Source of the DNA: Cyanidioschyzon merolae
Lineage: Eukaryota
Reading direction: 5' to 3' (one strand)
Assembly: GCA_000091205.1 (NCBI GenBank)
Contig: AP006485.2
DNA: 64,000 bases
Shown: positions 35,936-46,068 of the stretch, in pieces
How positions within the stretch are numbered: the stretch's first letter is position 1
How the letters are laid out: every line of letters starts with the position of its first letter
The notes under the pieces: generated by a model
The model's input: the letters and a program-made list of their open reading frames with translations, nothing else
Databases searched by the model: none
Told to the model about the DNA's origin: nothing
Translations under genes and position numbers: made by a program

Positions 35936-38591
35936 CCCCAGATAGCGCTCCAAAGACGCAGCGTTTGCAGTTGCACTCATGAATACGACTTGGAGATCAG
36001 ATCGTGAAGCCAGCAACCTCCGAACACAGCACAGCAGCATGTCCATCTCCGCACTACGTTCGTGAACCTCATCCAAAATTAAATGCGAAATATTCGTTAA
36101 ACTGGGGTCCTGCTGCAGCATCCGCAGCACGATACCGGTCGTGCAGAACGCCAGACGCGTGTGCGGTGAGATTCGGCCCTGCAGACGGACTTGATAGCCG
36201 ACAAGTCCAGCTTCGTGTGCGTTGTCGTCAGTTCTTGTGCGCTGTCTTTGCGGTGTTTCCGAGTCGGCGGTTAGGCGTTCACCGCGCTCATCAGCGACTC
36301 GTTTGGCAACGGTGATCGCCGCAATCCTCCTCGGTTGGGTCACTAGAATGCGTGTTTGCGAGGCTCGGCCCTGCAACAGTGCATTCTCAAGGATCATTGC
36401 GGGGCATTGGGTTGTTTTTCCCGATCCCGTCTCCGCTTGAATGAGAACGGGATTTGTTCCCGCAGCCAGCAAAGACAAGAATGCCTGCTGGTATTGACGA
36501 GCGGGTAAGCGGGTCAGTGCTGGTGGCGAATGCCGGCGCTCTATACGCTCTAAGCGTTCACGTTCTCGCTGCTGCAACTCGCGGTCTAGAGCGGGATCCG
36601 GTTCAATGCCTGCGCTGGAGAAGCTGCTCGAAGGCCCAGCCTTTCGAGAGCTGCTCTTTCGAGCAGTCAAGCTCCTGGAAGCGCCAGCAGGGCCAGGGCG
36701 AAGATGCGTCGGCCTCGAGTCTGGGTCAAATGCACGGCATGATGGGAGCGTAGGTGTCGCTCCTTGCTTGCTTTGCCATTCTGTTAGCCAATCGTAAATG
36801 GTTGGTGCAAGTACGGCTCCTCTGGCCGGTACACACTCAGGTGCTTGGCGACTACGATCCATCGCCAACAGCACCGCTCCATGGAGAGAACGAAGCCAGG
36901 CCCGCCGCACGCGTCGAGGCGGACGCCGCGTCGCTCGAACCGTCTCCAAAGTTGTCGTCGTTGTCGTCGAGTCTTCAAACCAGAGAATCGGAAGCGTCTC
37001 TGGATAACCATAGAGATGGCCACAGAGACGGGATAGTCCCCAACGTGTCGCCGTTGGTGTCGTTGGTGCTCCCGCTCCGGTTCGTGCTGAGGGCGTATCC
37101 AGCTTGGGCGCTGTTCTGCTGAGATCCATCTGCAAGTCGATTTCGAAGCCTTCGGCATCCACGTGATCATCGATCGACGATAGCGGTTGCGGTAGACTGG
37201 ACGAGGGGAGAACCTCACGAGTCCAGCGGAAAGCACGGCCGAAGCGTGCCTCCAGTTCCTGGCGTTCGAGTGCCCAGCAGCTACGGCGGAAATCGACGGT
37301 ATCCAGCCGTTGCTCTTTCTCTACTGAAGACTGCGTATCTGCAAGAGACCTGGAGCGAGGATCAAGTACATGCTCCGTTTCCTCGAAAAGCTCTGTCTCT
37401 TCAGAAAGAGGATCTCCCAACATATCCTCAGTAGCTGTCGCGTTCGCCGATGAAGCATACCTGAACATACAATCACCGCTGTCTCTGTTCCCGTTATAGA
37501 GGGTACCCTCCGAATGACGAAGAGAATTCTTATCCCCACTCAATTCTCGATGCTGGAGACGGCCAGTGCGTATCTTCGACGGCATCCGGACCCGCTCCAG
37601 CAGAAAAGCGATGGACTCGGTCGGTGTGAAGATCAAGAGCTCTCTTATCCAGTCGTGTGCAGCGTCAAGCACTCGATCCCTGTTCGCAAGAAGAAGCCTC
37701 TCTCCTTGAGCACGATTCATCAGCGCCATGGTGTTCACGAGCCATTCGAGCGCCCTTAGACGCTCGCTCTCGCTGTACGCACCCGAGTTGCTCTTCGCAA
37801 TACCAGCGCCTTTTTGAGTTGCGCCAGGCGTGCGCACCGTTGAGCAGGCCGGAGACGGGTCCAGGGACGCTTTCGGATCTACAGCCTTTGCACGGTTGTT
37901 TGCAGCTTCCAGTGCTTGTTTTGCATGCTCAGCACGAAAGGCGACAACCTCCGTGGCCTGCTCTGGTCTAAACGAGGGCGGCAATTCATCCTCATCGAGA
38001 TGAAGACATAACCAGTCGAGCGCCTGGGATCGCTGCTGCTCAGCAGAGCGCATCCCAGAGCCTGCAGGTTCCACGACACATCGTGCGGCTGCTTCCGCCG
38101 CTGCCTCAGCATCAAACCCGAGCTCCCGGAGCTGTTGCCAGAGCCAGTGCTGCTCCGCGCCTAGTGCCCGTGATGCCTGCATCCACATGCTCTCGAGAGA
38201 CGCCGACGCATCGAGTTCAAGGAGACAAACAAGCGCTTCCTCGACAGCAGCCCGCGTTCTATCTTCCAGTCGCAGTGGGACTAGGAGCTGCTGCTCTCGA
38301 TACGCTTTTTTGGCTTCCGCTCGTGCTCTTGCTCGAGCGTTCGCGGCTTCTGCTGCTTGTGCGGCAATCTGCTTTTCTTTAGCCTCGTGAGCAGCCACGA
38401 AGCGAGCCCAGAATGGCCGCAGGGACGGTTCTAAGCGCAAGGCATGGTTGCGCTGACGATCGACTGAAGCCAGCACCCACAAGGCAGCCAGCTTCGCTGC
38501 TTTTTCGTCTGTATCCACCATGTGGGCGTCTGCAGGTGATAAGGCCTCCCCATTCCAACTATAGACAGATGCTACTTGGTGATATGAACCC

Positions 38592-38624
<33 letters not shown>

Positions 38625-39136
38625 GAATGATGGCCCTTTCCGAGTCGTATGAGCCACCCGCTGGAAGGTTGCTTGGCGAGTCGCGGTTGACCTCGCAGTC
38701 CCGCCCGCTGCATCCACTCCTGCAGCAGCAGTTGAGGCGTCGCACCAACCCAGGTCCGCTTCGTGATCGTTTGCTCTTCATTTGTTGAAGCAGGCGAGCC
38801 CTGCGCCCTTCCTTGACCCAGAGACGCTGCCGAGAACGCTGCGCTAGACTGTGTCCGGCAGACACTCGCACCCATTTCAGTGCTGGTCGAGTCCGCGTCC
38901 AGGCGCTGAGCACGTAAACGCCGTGCGGCAGCTTTTCGCTCCTTGTACGCCTGAACGGGGTCCAAGTTGGTTTCCGTGGTTGTGAGGCCAGCTCCTAAGC
39001 CCGCTGCAGGGCCCGCACTAGACGCCACATCGCCCGTGCTTCGAACAACGCCACCAGCTCGTGTGGAGAGTGACGAGACCACTGCACCGCCGGGTCCGAC
39101 TCGAGTACGTCGTCGATGACGCCCTGAGCCACCCAT
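33140..39136 (-). CDS. Large DEAH-box ATP-dependent RNA helicase (DHX29/DHX57-like), about 2000 aa including a long N-terminal extension
   Basis: The helicase core carries motif I LIQAETGSGKTTQCP, motif II ISHLILDEVHERS, motif III MSATANA, FLPG, motif V ATNVAESSITVPDVVAVIDTC and motif VI QRAGRAGR, followed by HA2/OB-like sequence. Homopolymer tracts (Q11, A11) lie in the N-terminal half and an (ST)n tail from the (GCTGGT)n repeat at the C-terminus. The N-terminal 850 aa have no recognised domain and could be mis-joined. Confidence 0.8.
33214..33261. repeat. (GCTGGT)n hexanucleotide microsatellite, about 8 units, encoding the (ST)n tail of the helicase
   Basis: Direct repeat ggtgctggtgctggtgct... 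on plus, read as STSTSTSTSTSTST in the helicase frame on minus and as (HQ)n in another frame. Confidence 0.9.
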
Positions 39137-39549
39137 TGTTCAGTCAGTGTGCCCGAGTTGCACCTCCTCGATCGACTGTGCGCTGCTGGAGCGCTGTGCT
39201 CGCAACACTGCCTCCCGGACCTGCGTTTCTTGAACAGAATGGACAGTGCGTTCAGTGGAACAGGATGAAAAGCGAGACAATCTGTTCGCTAATTCGTATC
39301 CGGTACCTGCAAAAGTTCTGATCGTGCTTATTGCCCCGCATCCGGCAACGAAAACGCTCGACTCATGAGACTCTCACACTGACCCTGGAGACGCTGGTGT
39401 TGGCGTCGGCGTCGCGGTTGGCTTCAGAGGACTGGCGAGCCGCTGGCACTTTCGCGCCTGCTACGTCTCTGGTCTGGTGATAATCCTCATCAGACCTGGG
39501 TGTGTAGGTACTTGGGTGACGCTCTTCGTGAAGACGACGAAACTGATTC

Positions 39550-40347
39550 ATGTTCAGTGCTCAGGGTGCTGTGGAGCTAGGTCGACTGGATCGTGAATCC
39601 AGGCGCGACTTGTCGGCACACCGCTGCCCGCCACGCGTACCTGGAACGCTTCTGAAAGCTTCGAAACGGCGAAGAGCCGCGCAGTTGACGCTTGAGCGGC
39701 TTCCCTGCATAGTTCTCCGTACGTCTGAGGAAGAAAATGGACAAGGTGCAGGACCAGTGCGCCTGGAACAAGGCGCAACAGGCGAGAATGCACGTCCTGG
39801 TCATCTGCCAGCGATGCCGGCTCAGAAACGTGCCGTTTCGCCTCAGTCGCGCCGCTCCAACGGTGAGCAACCTGCCCCGCGAACTGACAAACATCCCAGG
39901 GCTTCTATGTTGGACTATCGGACGCGTTTGGACTTGCGTCAGTTTCAGCTGCGGTTCCAGATCTTTGTGGAAGACATCGTCGCCTTCCCGTTGACCTGGT
40001 ACAACATGCTTCGTAATCGCAAGTCCGAGTTTGCGAAGCTACCTCGAAATCCGACGACGGCGCCACCCGAGTTAGACTGCCGTGGCTGTCACGGGCTCGG
40101 ATTCGAGACTTGTCGTTACTGCGAAGGCGTTGGGCATCGGTATTTTTGGGGTAGTTCTCGTCGCCAAGAGTACGATCGTATGCGTCGGGCGGGAGAAGCG
40201 CGTCACTGGCGGACGATTGTATACGGACTCTTTCATATCGAGCGACGTGAAGTGCGATGTCGGCATTGTCGAGGCTTCGGTTGGGTTTCGTGTCGAGTTT
40301 GTCATGGGCATCAGCTTCCCAAGGAATGGGAGACGATGTATAGGTGA
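39550..40347 (+). CDS. DnaJ-type CR zinc-finger (CxxCxGxG x4) domain protein, resembling the small plastid BSD2/LQY1-type factors
   Basis: The C-terminal segment reads CRGCHGLGFETCRYCEGVGHRYF ... CRHCRGFGWVSCRVCHGHQ, which is four CxxCxGxG-type repeats in two pairs. The N-terminal region is basic and Ser/Arg-rich, consistent with an organelle presequence. Confidence 0.5.
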   Translation: MFSAQGAVELGRLDRESRRDLSAHRCPPRVPGTLLKASKRRRAAQLTLERLPCIVLRTSEEENGQGAGPVRLEQGATGENARPGHLPAMPAQKRAVSPQSRRSNGEQPAPRTDKHPRASMLDYRTRLDLRQFQLRFQIFVEDIVAFPLTWYNMLRNRKSEFAKLPRNPTTAPPELDCRGCHGLGFETCRYCEGVGHRYFWGSSRRQEYDRMRRAGEARHWRTIVYGLFHIERREVRCRHCRGFGWVSCRVCHGHQLPKEWETMYR

Positions 40348-41721
40348 GGGGTCGGCACGAGCTCTCCAGGTTCTGCGACTCGGGTGCGGGAGGTCGTCAC
40401 AGGTGCAGCCGCTTTGCGCCCACGTAGCGCTCTGCTGCAAAGTTTCTATGCATCTGGGCGAAGCGACGCATTTATAAAGCCGTTCACGCAAGCCGAAGCA
40501 AATAACAAGTTCGTCAGCAGAACAAGTGAGATCAACGCCTCGTCGATTCCTCTACCGCTACTGCTGTTACTGCAACATGCATGGCAATTGCTATGATAGG
40601 TGCTATGATGACAGCGATGTCAGAACAGAATAGAACTACTTCTCCAAGTTGGATGTATAATCTAAAGTGTGGGTGCCTTCCCAATGCCATCAATGGAAGC
40701 GTTTGTGTGATTTTTATGCGACTACTTCTTTTTTTGCTCAGTGTTCTCTGGCTTTGAATACGCCGGTCTCTCCTTTCCATCCAGTTCTGTTGTCAGTGGT
40801 CCAGGAATATTGACGAGAGCGTCTTAGTTCCGATTTCCGAGTTTTCGGTCGCTGTCGACGCTTTTCATGCACAGACGGAAGTTGCGATCTATGCTTCCCG
40901 TGCGATGTTCGCATTCAATGTAGACAGCTTCGGAGGGCATTTCGCAGCAGCGAAACTAGATTATGACCAGGTGTGCTCGTGTGTCCAACACACATTCTCT
41001 AGCGAGCGCCTTCTCGTCATGCTTGAAGGCTCGCCTCATCGCTCAGTACACGCTTTTGACCAGTACAGAAGACGCCTCTCAATACCGTCGTAAACTTGCG
41101 CTTCCGATGCCCGTACCTTTCGAGTATGTGCCTCCTATTGGCCATCCCTTCGTCGAGTGCTCTGTCCGCTGGACATGCAAGCGCACGCAGTACCGGTCGA
41201 TGTAGGATTTGTGGCACGTGATGTTGTCCAGGATGGAAAAAAGTATAGGTAGTGTAATCCAGGTCAGAGAAGCCGTTGGGAGATTTCCACCCGTTTTTCG
41301 TTTGAACTGGTGACGTATTCTCCACTTGAAGTGATCACAGCGACGACGCAAGTCGATCTCGGAATCCAAGGCCTCTTTCCGTACCAGCAAAACAAAAACG
41401 GGGAGTCCCTGACAGCATTCCCTGGGAAAGCGATCATGCTGCTATCGAATATTGTTGAATTGATTGGACCGAGTAGACCAGAATTCGTGTTTGGAACGGA
41501 ATCGATTTTTGAGCATGACAAGTTTAGTGAAATTCCGGGATAAGCTTGTAAACAAGTCGTCCGGGGTGAAGTCGAGTCTTCTTCCTGATCAGTGCGGCTG
41601 TGCGTGTTGCTGCGCGACTAGCTCCATTGAAACAGAAACATAGAAGACTTCAAGAGCATGTGATTTAAGCACGCTACACGTAAAGCGGATAGAAGCGTAG
41701 AGGCTCGTACGTAGGAATTGG

Positions 41722-41900
41722 TGAATGATATCGGTTACGAGAGGAATTCTTGTTTGACGGCGTCGGGAATCATCTTTATCCCGATGGCGTGACGGATTGT
41801 AGCAGCAAAGCATCATCGCAACCACGCCGAAAGCTCAACCAAGCATCACGAGACTAGCTATGAATTCGTTGCCCACGACTATTGAAATTTGAGTGCTGGG
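41722..41900. repeat. Dispersed repeat family, copy A (about 75% identical to copy B at 50002-50165)
   Basis: gtgaatgatatcggttacgagaggaattcttgtttgacggcgtcgggaatcatctttatcc...gtagcagcaaagcatcatcgcaacc...cacgactattgaaatttgagtg aligns with copy B along its whole length, allowing short indels. Confidence 0.6.
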
Positions 41901-42693
41901 CTTCCACATCTGCAAAACTTCCAACAAAAATCCCAAGGCATGTCCAGTGCAAACAGCGCACAGTTCAATTTTCATCTGCCAAGAGCACAGTGCTTCGTTT
42001 ACTGCAACTGCTATTGCTACTGTTACGATCAGATTAACTAGACCGCATGCGTCATATTAGTGTCGCGGCATTACACCTGATGCATATTCAACGGATATCG
42101 CATGCGGCATTGGGGAGGCTTGCTCTCCTCTAGGCAGTCTCACTTGGATCCTGAGCGCGAGAACACATCCCAGGCAGCCATGATAAGCGGCCCTGAACCA
42201 CGCAGGCGATACCGCCTCGACAGCTCCAACATCAGTTGAAGCGTTTTTCGCATCAAGCGGTAAGGGGAAAGGTTTCGGCCGGTTCCAGAGCTGGGCAGCT
42301 GCGCAGGTGGATTCTGGAAGTTTCCAATACATACGACCATGCTTTCGTCAATCTACGGGCTATGGGGATCGCACGTGCACGGCTCATCGCCAGCTGGAAA
42401 ACGACGCTTCATGAGGTAGTCCACAGCAATCATGAATGCGCTGGCGTTTGGATGGATTCATTGCGAGTTCAAGCAGCGACACAAGGAAAGCACTCTCGAC
42501 GACGACGACGACGACGACAACAACAACAACAACGAGCGATCGCCACAACAGGAACCGTGCGAGGTCGAGTGCAATGCTCACAGCCAGTACCGTTCTGCAC
42601 TCGTTGCCGGGCGGGTAGAGCGATTCTGTGCAGCTGAGAAGGATTGCCTCTCTTCGCGAGTTCGAGTGCTTTTTGCAGTGCAGCACAAGAGCA

Positions 42694-44202
42694 TCAGGTT
42701 GAGTTGGGCGTCACCACTTTTCGACGAAAACGCGGCACGTAGCGAGTGTCCGTATACTCTTCCAGGAATTCGCCATGAAGCATCTCCTCTGTATAGTTGC
42801 ATTTGAGGTACACGAAAACTTCCAGAATAAAATTCGGGTCCGCGAGGGCGCGAACCAAAGTGCGTTCCCGATGATAGTTCTCGCCGACATTTTCCAAGAC
42901 GTCGAGCATGGCGAGCTCCTCATCATCGACTCGATAGACTTCGCCTCGGACGTGCTTGCCAACTCCGGTTCGGTTCAAAAGAAACGGTGTGAAATGCGGA
43001 CCTCCGATAATCAGTGGATATCGCTCTATGGTTACGTAGCATCCCTCAAAAATGGCGTGATGGAGCAGCGGATGATTCGGATATCCCCGCTTCAGCGTGC
43101 CGTAGACAAAGACCCAGTGAGGGCGATGCTTGATCGGTTCGTGCGATCCCATGGATCGAGCTGCAAGCCACCGCTGAAGATTACTCATGTTCAGTGAAGC
43201 CGGTGAAGCGGTCGTTGAGGACATCGCAGCAGCAGAATCAGCAGCTGTTGTTGCCGATGCAACCTGCTCTACACTGTCTAGCTCGTGCCACAATGGAGAC
43301 GTCTGATGAGGGTCCGAGTGCTCCCGTCGAAAGAGGCTCGGCTCGCTGCGGATCGGATACAGACTTGCACGAAAGGACCCCGCCACTGAACCTTGCGTCG
43401 GAGATATGCAGATACCCTCACGCTCCTCGTTCTCCTCAGCCAAGCTACATCTTGAGCTCGGCGCATGCGAGTGTTCGGAGTATGCAGGAGAGCTAGTACC
43501 GACAGCGCCTGCAGCCTGTGCTCTACCGCCGTAACCAGCATGACCTCCTCTGACGGAGTTCTCCTCAGAGTCGGCACTGCTCCCCTGGTACAGCTGCTTG
43601 CGACGTTGACGGCTCGCTTGGTAATAGGTGCCGCGGAGCGAGCCACCGATGCCAAGGTCAGAGTCGAGGTCAGCCAGCAGGTGTCGTGTATGTGGGTTGC
43701 TGCGAGCCATATCCGGATGGGTGCGCCCCGGAGCCCGCACCGGACCTGTGGGCGGTGCTGGATACTTGAGCTCGTAGGGGCCCTCGAACAGAACGTCATA
43801 CCACTGACGCAGCTCTTTGCGATGCTCAGTCCGTTCCTCGTCGAGTACGTCTTCGACAGTTAGAGGAGTACCTGGTCCCTGGGACGTAGCATTTTCCCTT
43901 GCGGCTCCGGGTTGCGGGCACCGAGCAGCCTTATCTGACTGAACTACTGCTGTACAGGGAACAGCAAGGGCGCTCGCTACGCTTTCGGCCTCAGGTTCTG
44001 GTGCAGTCTCTTCTGCAGTCGCAGCAGCAGTGGCAGCAACTGCCGATACTGGTGTGCGCTCCTCGCTGTGTTCCAGCGAATTGGGCTTCAGAACGTCTTG
44101 CTCCTCGTTGAGGCCAAGTTGTTTGAACCGCCGGTACCAGTCGGCACCGTGAACTTTCTCGCCGTCTGATTGACGACTGGCACGAAAAGCACCCGGTGAC
44201 AT
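42694..44202 (-). CDS. Protein with a C-terminal gamma-glutamylamine cyclotransferase / AIG2-like (GGACT) domain and a long disordered N-terminal region
   Basis: The C-terminal 150 aa read HWVFVYGTLKRGYPNHPLLHHAIFEGCYVTIERYPLIIGGPHFTPFLLNRTGVGKHVRGEVYRVDDEELAMLDVLENVGENYHRE. The YGTLKrG...E pattern defines the AIG2/GGCT-like fold. The N-terminal 350 aa are Ala/Ser/Glu-rich. Confidence 0.6.
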   Translation of the reverse strand: MSPGAFRASRQSDGEKVHGADWYRRFKQLGLNEEQDVLKPNSLEHSEERTPVSAVAATAAATAEETAPEPEAESVASALAVPCTAVVQSDKAARCPQPGAARENATSQGPGTPLTVEDVLDEERTEHRKELRQWYDVLFEGPYELKYPAPPTGPVRAPGRTHPDMARSNPHTRHLLADLDSDLGIGGSLRGTYYQASRQRRKQLYQGSSADSEENSVRGGHAGYGGRAQAAGAVGTSSPAYSEHSHAPSSRCSLAEENEEREGICISPTQGSVAGSFRASLYPIRSEPSLFRREHSDPHQTSPLWHELDSVEQVASATTAADSAAAMSSTTASPASLNMSNLQRWLAARSMGSHEPIKHRPHWVFVYGTLKRGYPNHPLLHHAIFEGCYVTIERYPLIIGGPHFTPFLLNRTGVGKHVRGEVYRVDDEELAMLDVLENVGENYHRERTLVRALADPNFILEVFVYLKCNYTEEMLHGEFLEEYTDTRYVPRFRRKVVTPNST

Positions 44203-45212
44203 GAGCTGTTGACCCGTCCCCTACCCGAGAAAAGCCTCTGGGCGCTAATGCACTAGTCCGAGCAGCTCCAGCGTTGCGTCGCCCGTGTCGTTGCCCAGTT
44301 CGTTGAAGCCAACAGACCTGTTGCGGGCGTTCCAGCGATGATTGCATGGTGTCCATCGGTGGCGTTCGTAGCACTCACGGTTGACGTTCGCACAGAGCGG
44401 GAAGGTAAAGCCGCTCTGGGTCGATACGGCATCCGAAGTGGTGCTGTAGGCGGTATTGTGGAAGCTGGCGGTAGGATGGACACGTGACCGGTCGTATGAC
44501 CGAGCCATGAACTTCGACGGCAAGTAGGTGCAGTGGCTGGTAGAACTGAGGAGGTATGTTGCGTCACGACGTTCGCTTTATCTGATGCTGGCAGGAATCA
44601 CGCCGTTCGGGATCCCTGGTCTGTATACTCGTTGCGTCGATAAGAAAAACGGTGTTTCTAGAGTGCAACGCCGACACGTCCGGGAGCTTGCTTGCGCGAC
44701 AGCGCACGATACAGGGCAACTCGTAGGCCAAACGAGTCTTCTCGATAGATAGGCAGTAGACTGCTCTGGGCGGTACCATGCAGACACCCACGTATTTCGC
44801 GAACTGGCGAGAGCTCGAATACAGCACACGTCGAAGCTCTTCTACGAAAGCGACGTTCCCCGTAATTCCGAGTATCGCTCTTTACTGAACAAAGCACCTC
44901 TTTGACATTCTTGCTGGCGTCCTACGTAGAAAATGACAATTTCGTTGCGTCCATGGTGGTGTCAGCACATGCTTTGACGCTCTATTCGGAAGACAGAGCT
45001 CTAATCGACCTCACACGCTGTCGTTTCAAGCACGGAGCATGAGCGTCTCGACGCAAGGCGCTCCTAGTGCCGTGTGTGCAGCACAATGCACCACGAGAAG
45101 CGCACGGTGCTATGTATGGACGGCGCACGTGCGGAGCATCCAGAGCGCTGTGGCTACCCGGCGATGCACCAGAGTCTCGCTACCTCTCCATATATTGCGA
45201 GCAAACGCATCT

Positions 45213-45918
45213 GAGGCATTCCTTCGTACTATCGTTCATGTATATACTAAAGAATGTTTAAAATATCTATGAACATCCATGGGATACCTTCCGAGTGCCA
45301 TTCTGAATGGATATGAGGCATTCCTTCGTACTATCGTTCATGTATATACTAAAGAATGTTTAAAATATCTATGAACATCCATGGGATACCTTCCGAGTGC
45401 CATTCTGAATGGATATGAGGCATTCCTTCGTACTATCGTTCATGTATATACTAAAGAATGTTTAAAATATCTATGAACATCCATGGGATACCCTCCAAAT
45501 GCCATTCTGAATGGATATGAGGCATTCCTTCGTACTATCGTTCATGTATATACTGTAGAAAATGTTTAAAATATCTATGAACATCTATGGGATACCCTCC
45601 GAGTGCGATTCTGAATGGATATGAGGCATTCCTTCGTACTATCGTTCATGTATATACTAAAGAATGTTTAAAATATCTATGAACATCTATGGGATACCCT
45701 CCGAGTGCCATTCTGAATGGATATGAGGCATTCCTTCGTACTATCGTTCATGTATATACTAAAGAATGTTTAAAATATCTATGAACATCCATGGGATACC
45801 CTCCGAGTGCCATTCTGAATGGATATGAGGCATTCCTTCGTACTATCGTTCATGTGCATACTGTAGAAAATGTTTAAAATATCTATGAACATCTATGGGA
45901 TACCCTCCGAGTGCCATG
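45213..45918. repeat. AT-rich tandem array, 102-bp unit (one 108-bp variant), about 6.9 copies at over 95% identity
   Basis: The unit gaggcattccttcgtactatcgttcatgtatatactaaagaatgtttaaaatatctatgaacatccatgggataccttccgagtgccattctgaatggatat restarts at 45213, 45315, 45417, 45519, 45623, 45725 and 45827. The only variation is a tgtaga insertion in two units and a few point differences. The unit is roughly 37% GC in a GC-rich background. There is no ORF through the array. Confidence 0.95.
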
Positions 45919-46068
45919 CTGCCAACCTGCTGGTCAAGCGCAAGACGATCGCATCCACGCTCTAGTCGCAGTGCCGATCCGACGCTAGACAAGCAGCACG
46001 GTTTTTGTTGCTCGCAAGGAGCGAGCAGAAGCATTGATTCAGTTGGGGGATAGCTCTGGCGTCTGGAA

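Noticed and set aside
45213-45918. CRISPR-like appearance of a regular repeat array
   Set aside because: Units are contiguous 102-bp direct repeats with no unique spacers. The context is eukaryotic. It is a tandem minisatellite, not a CRISPR array.
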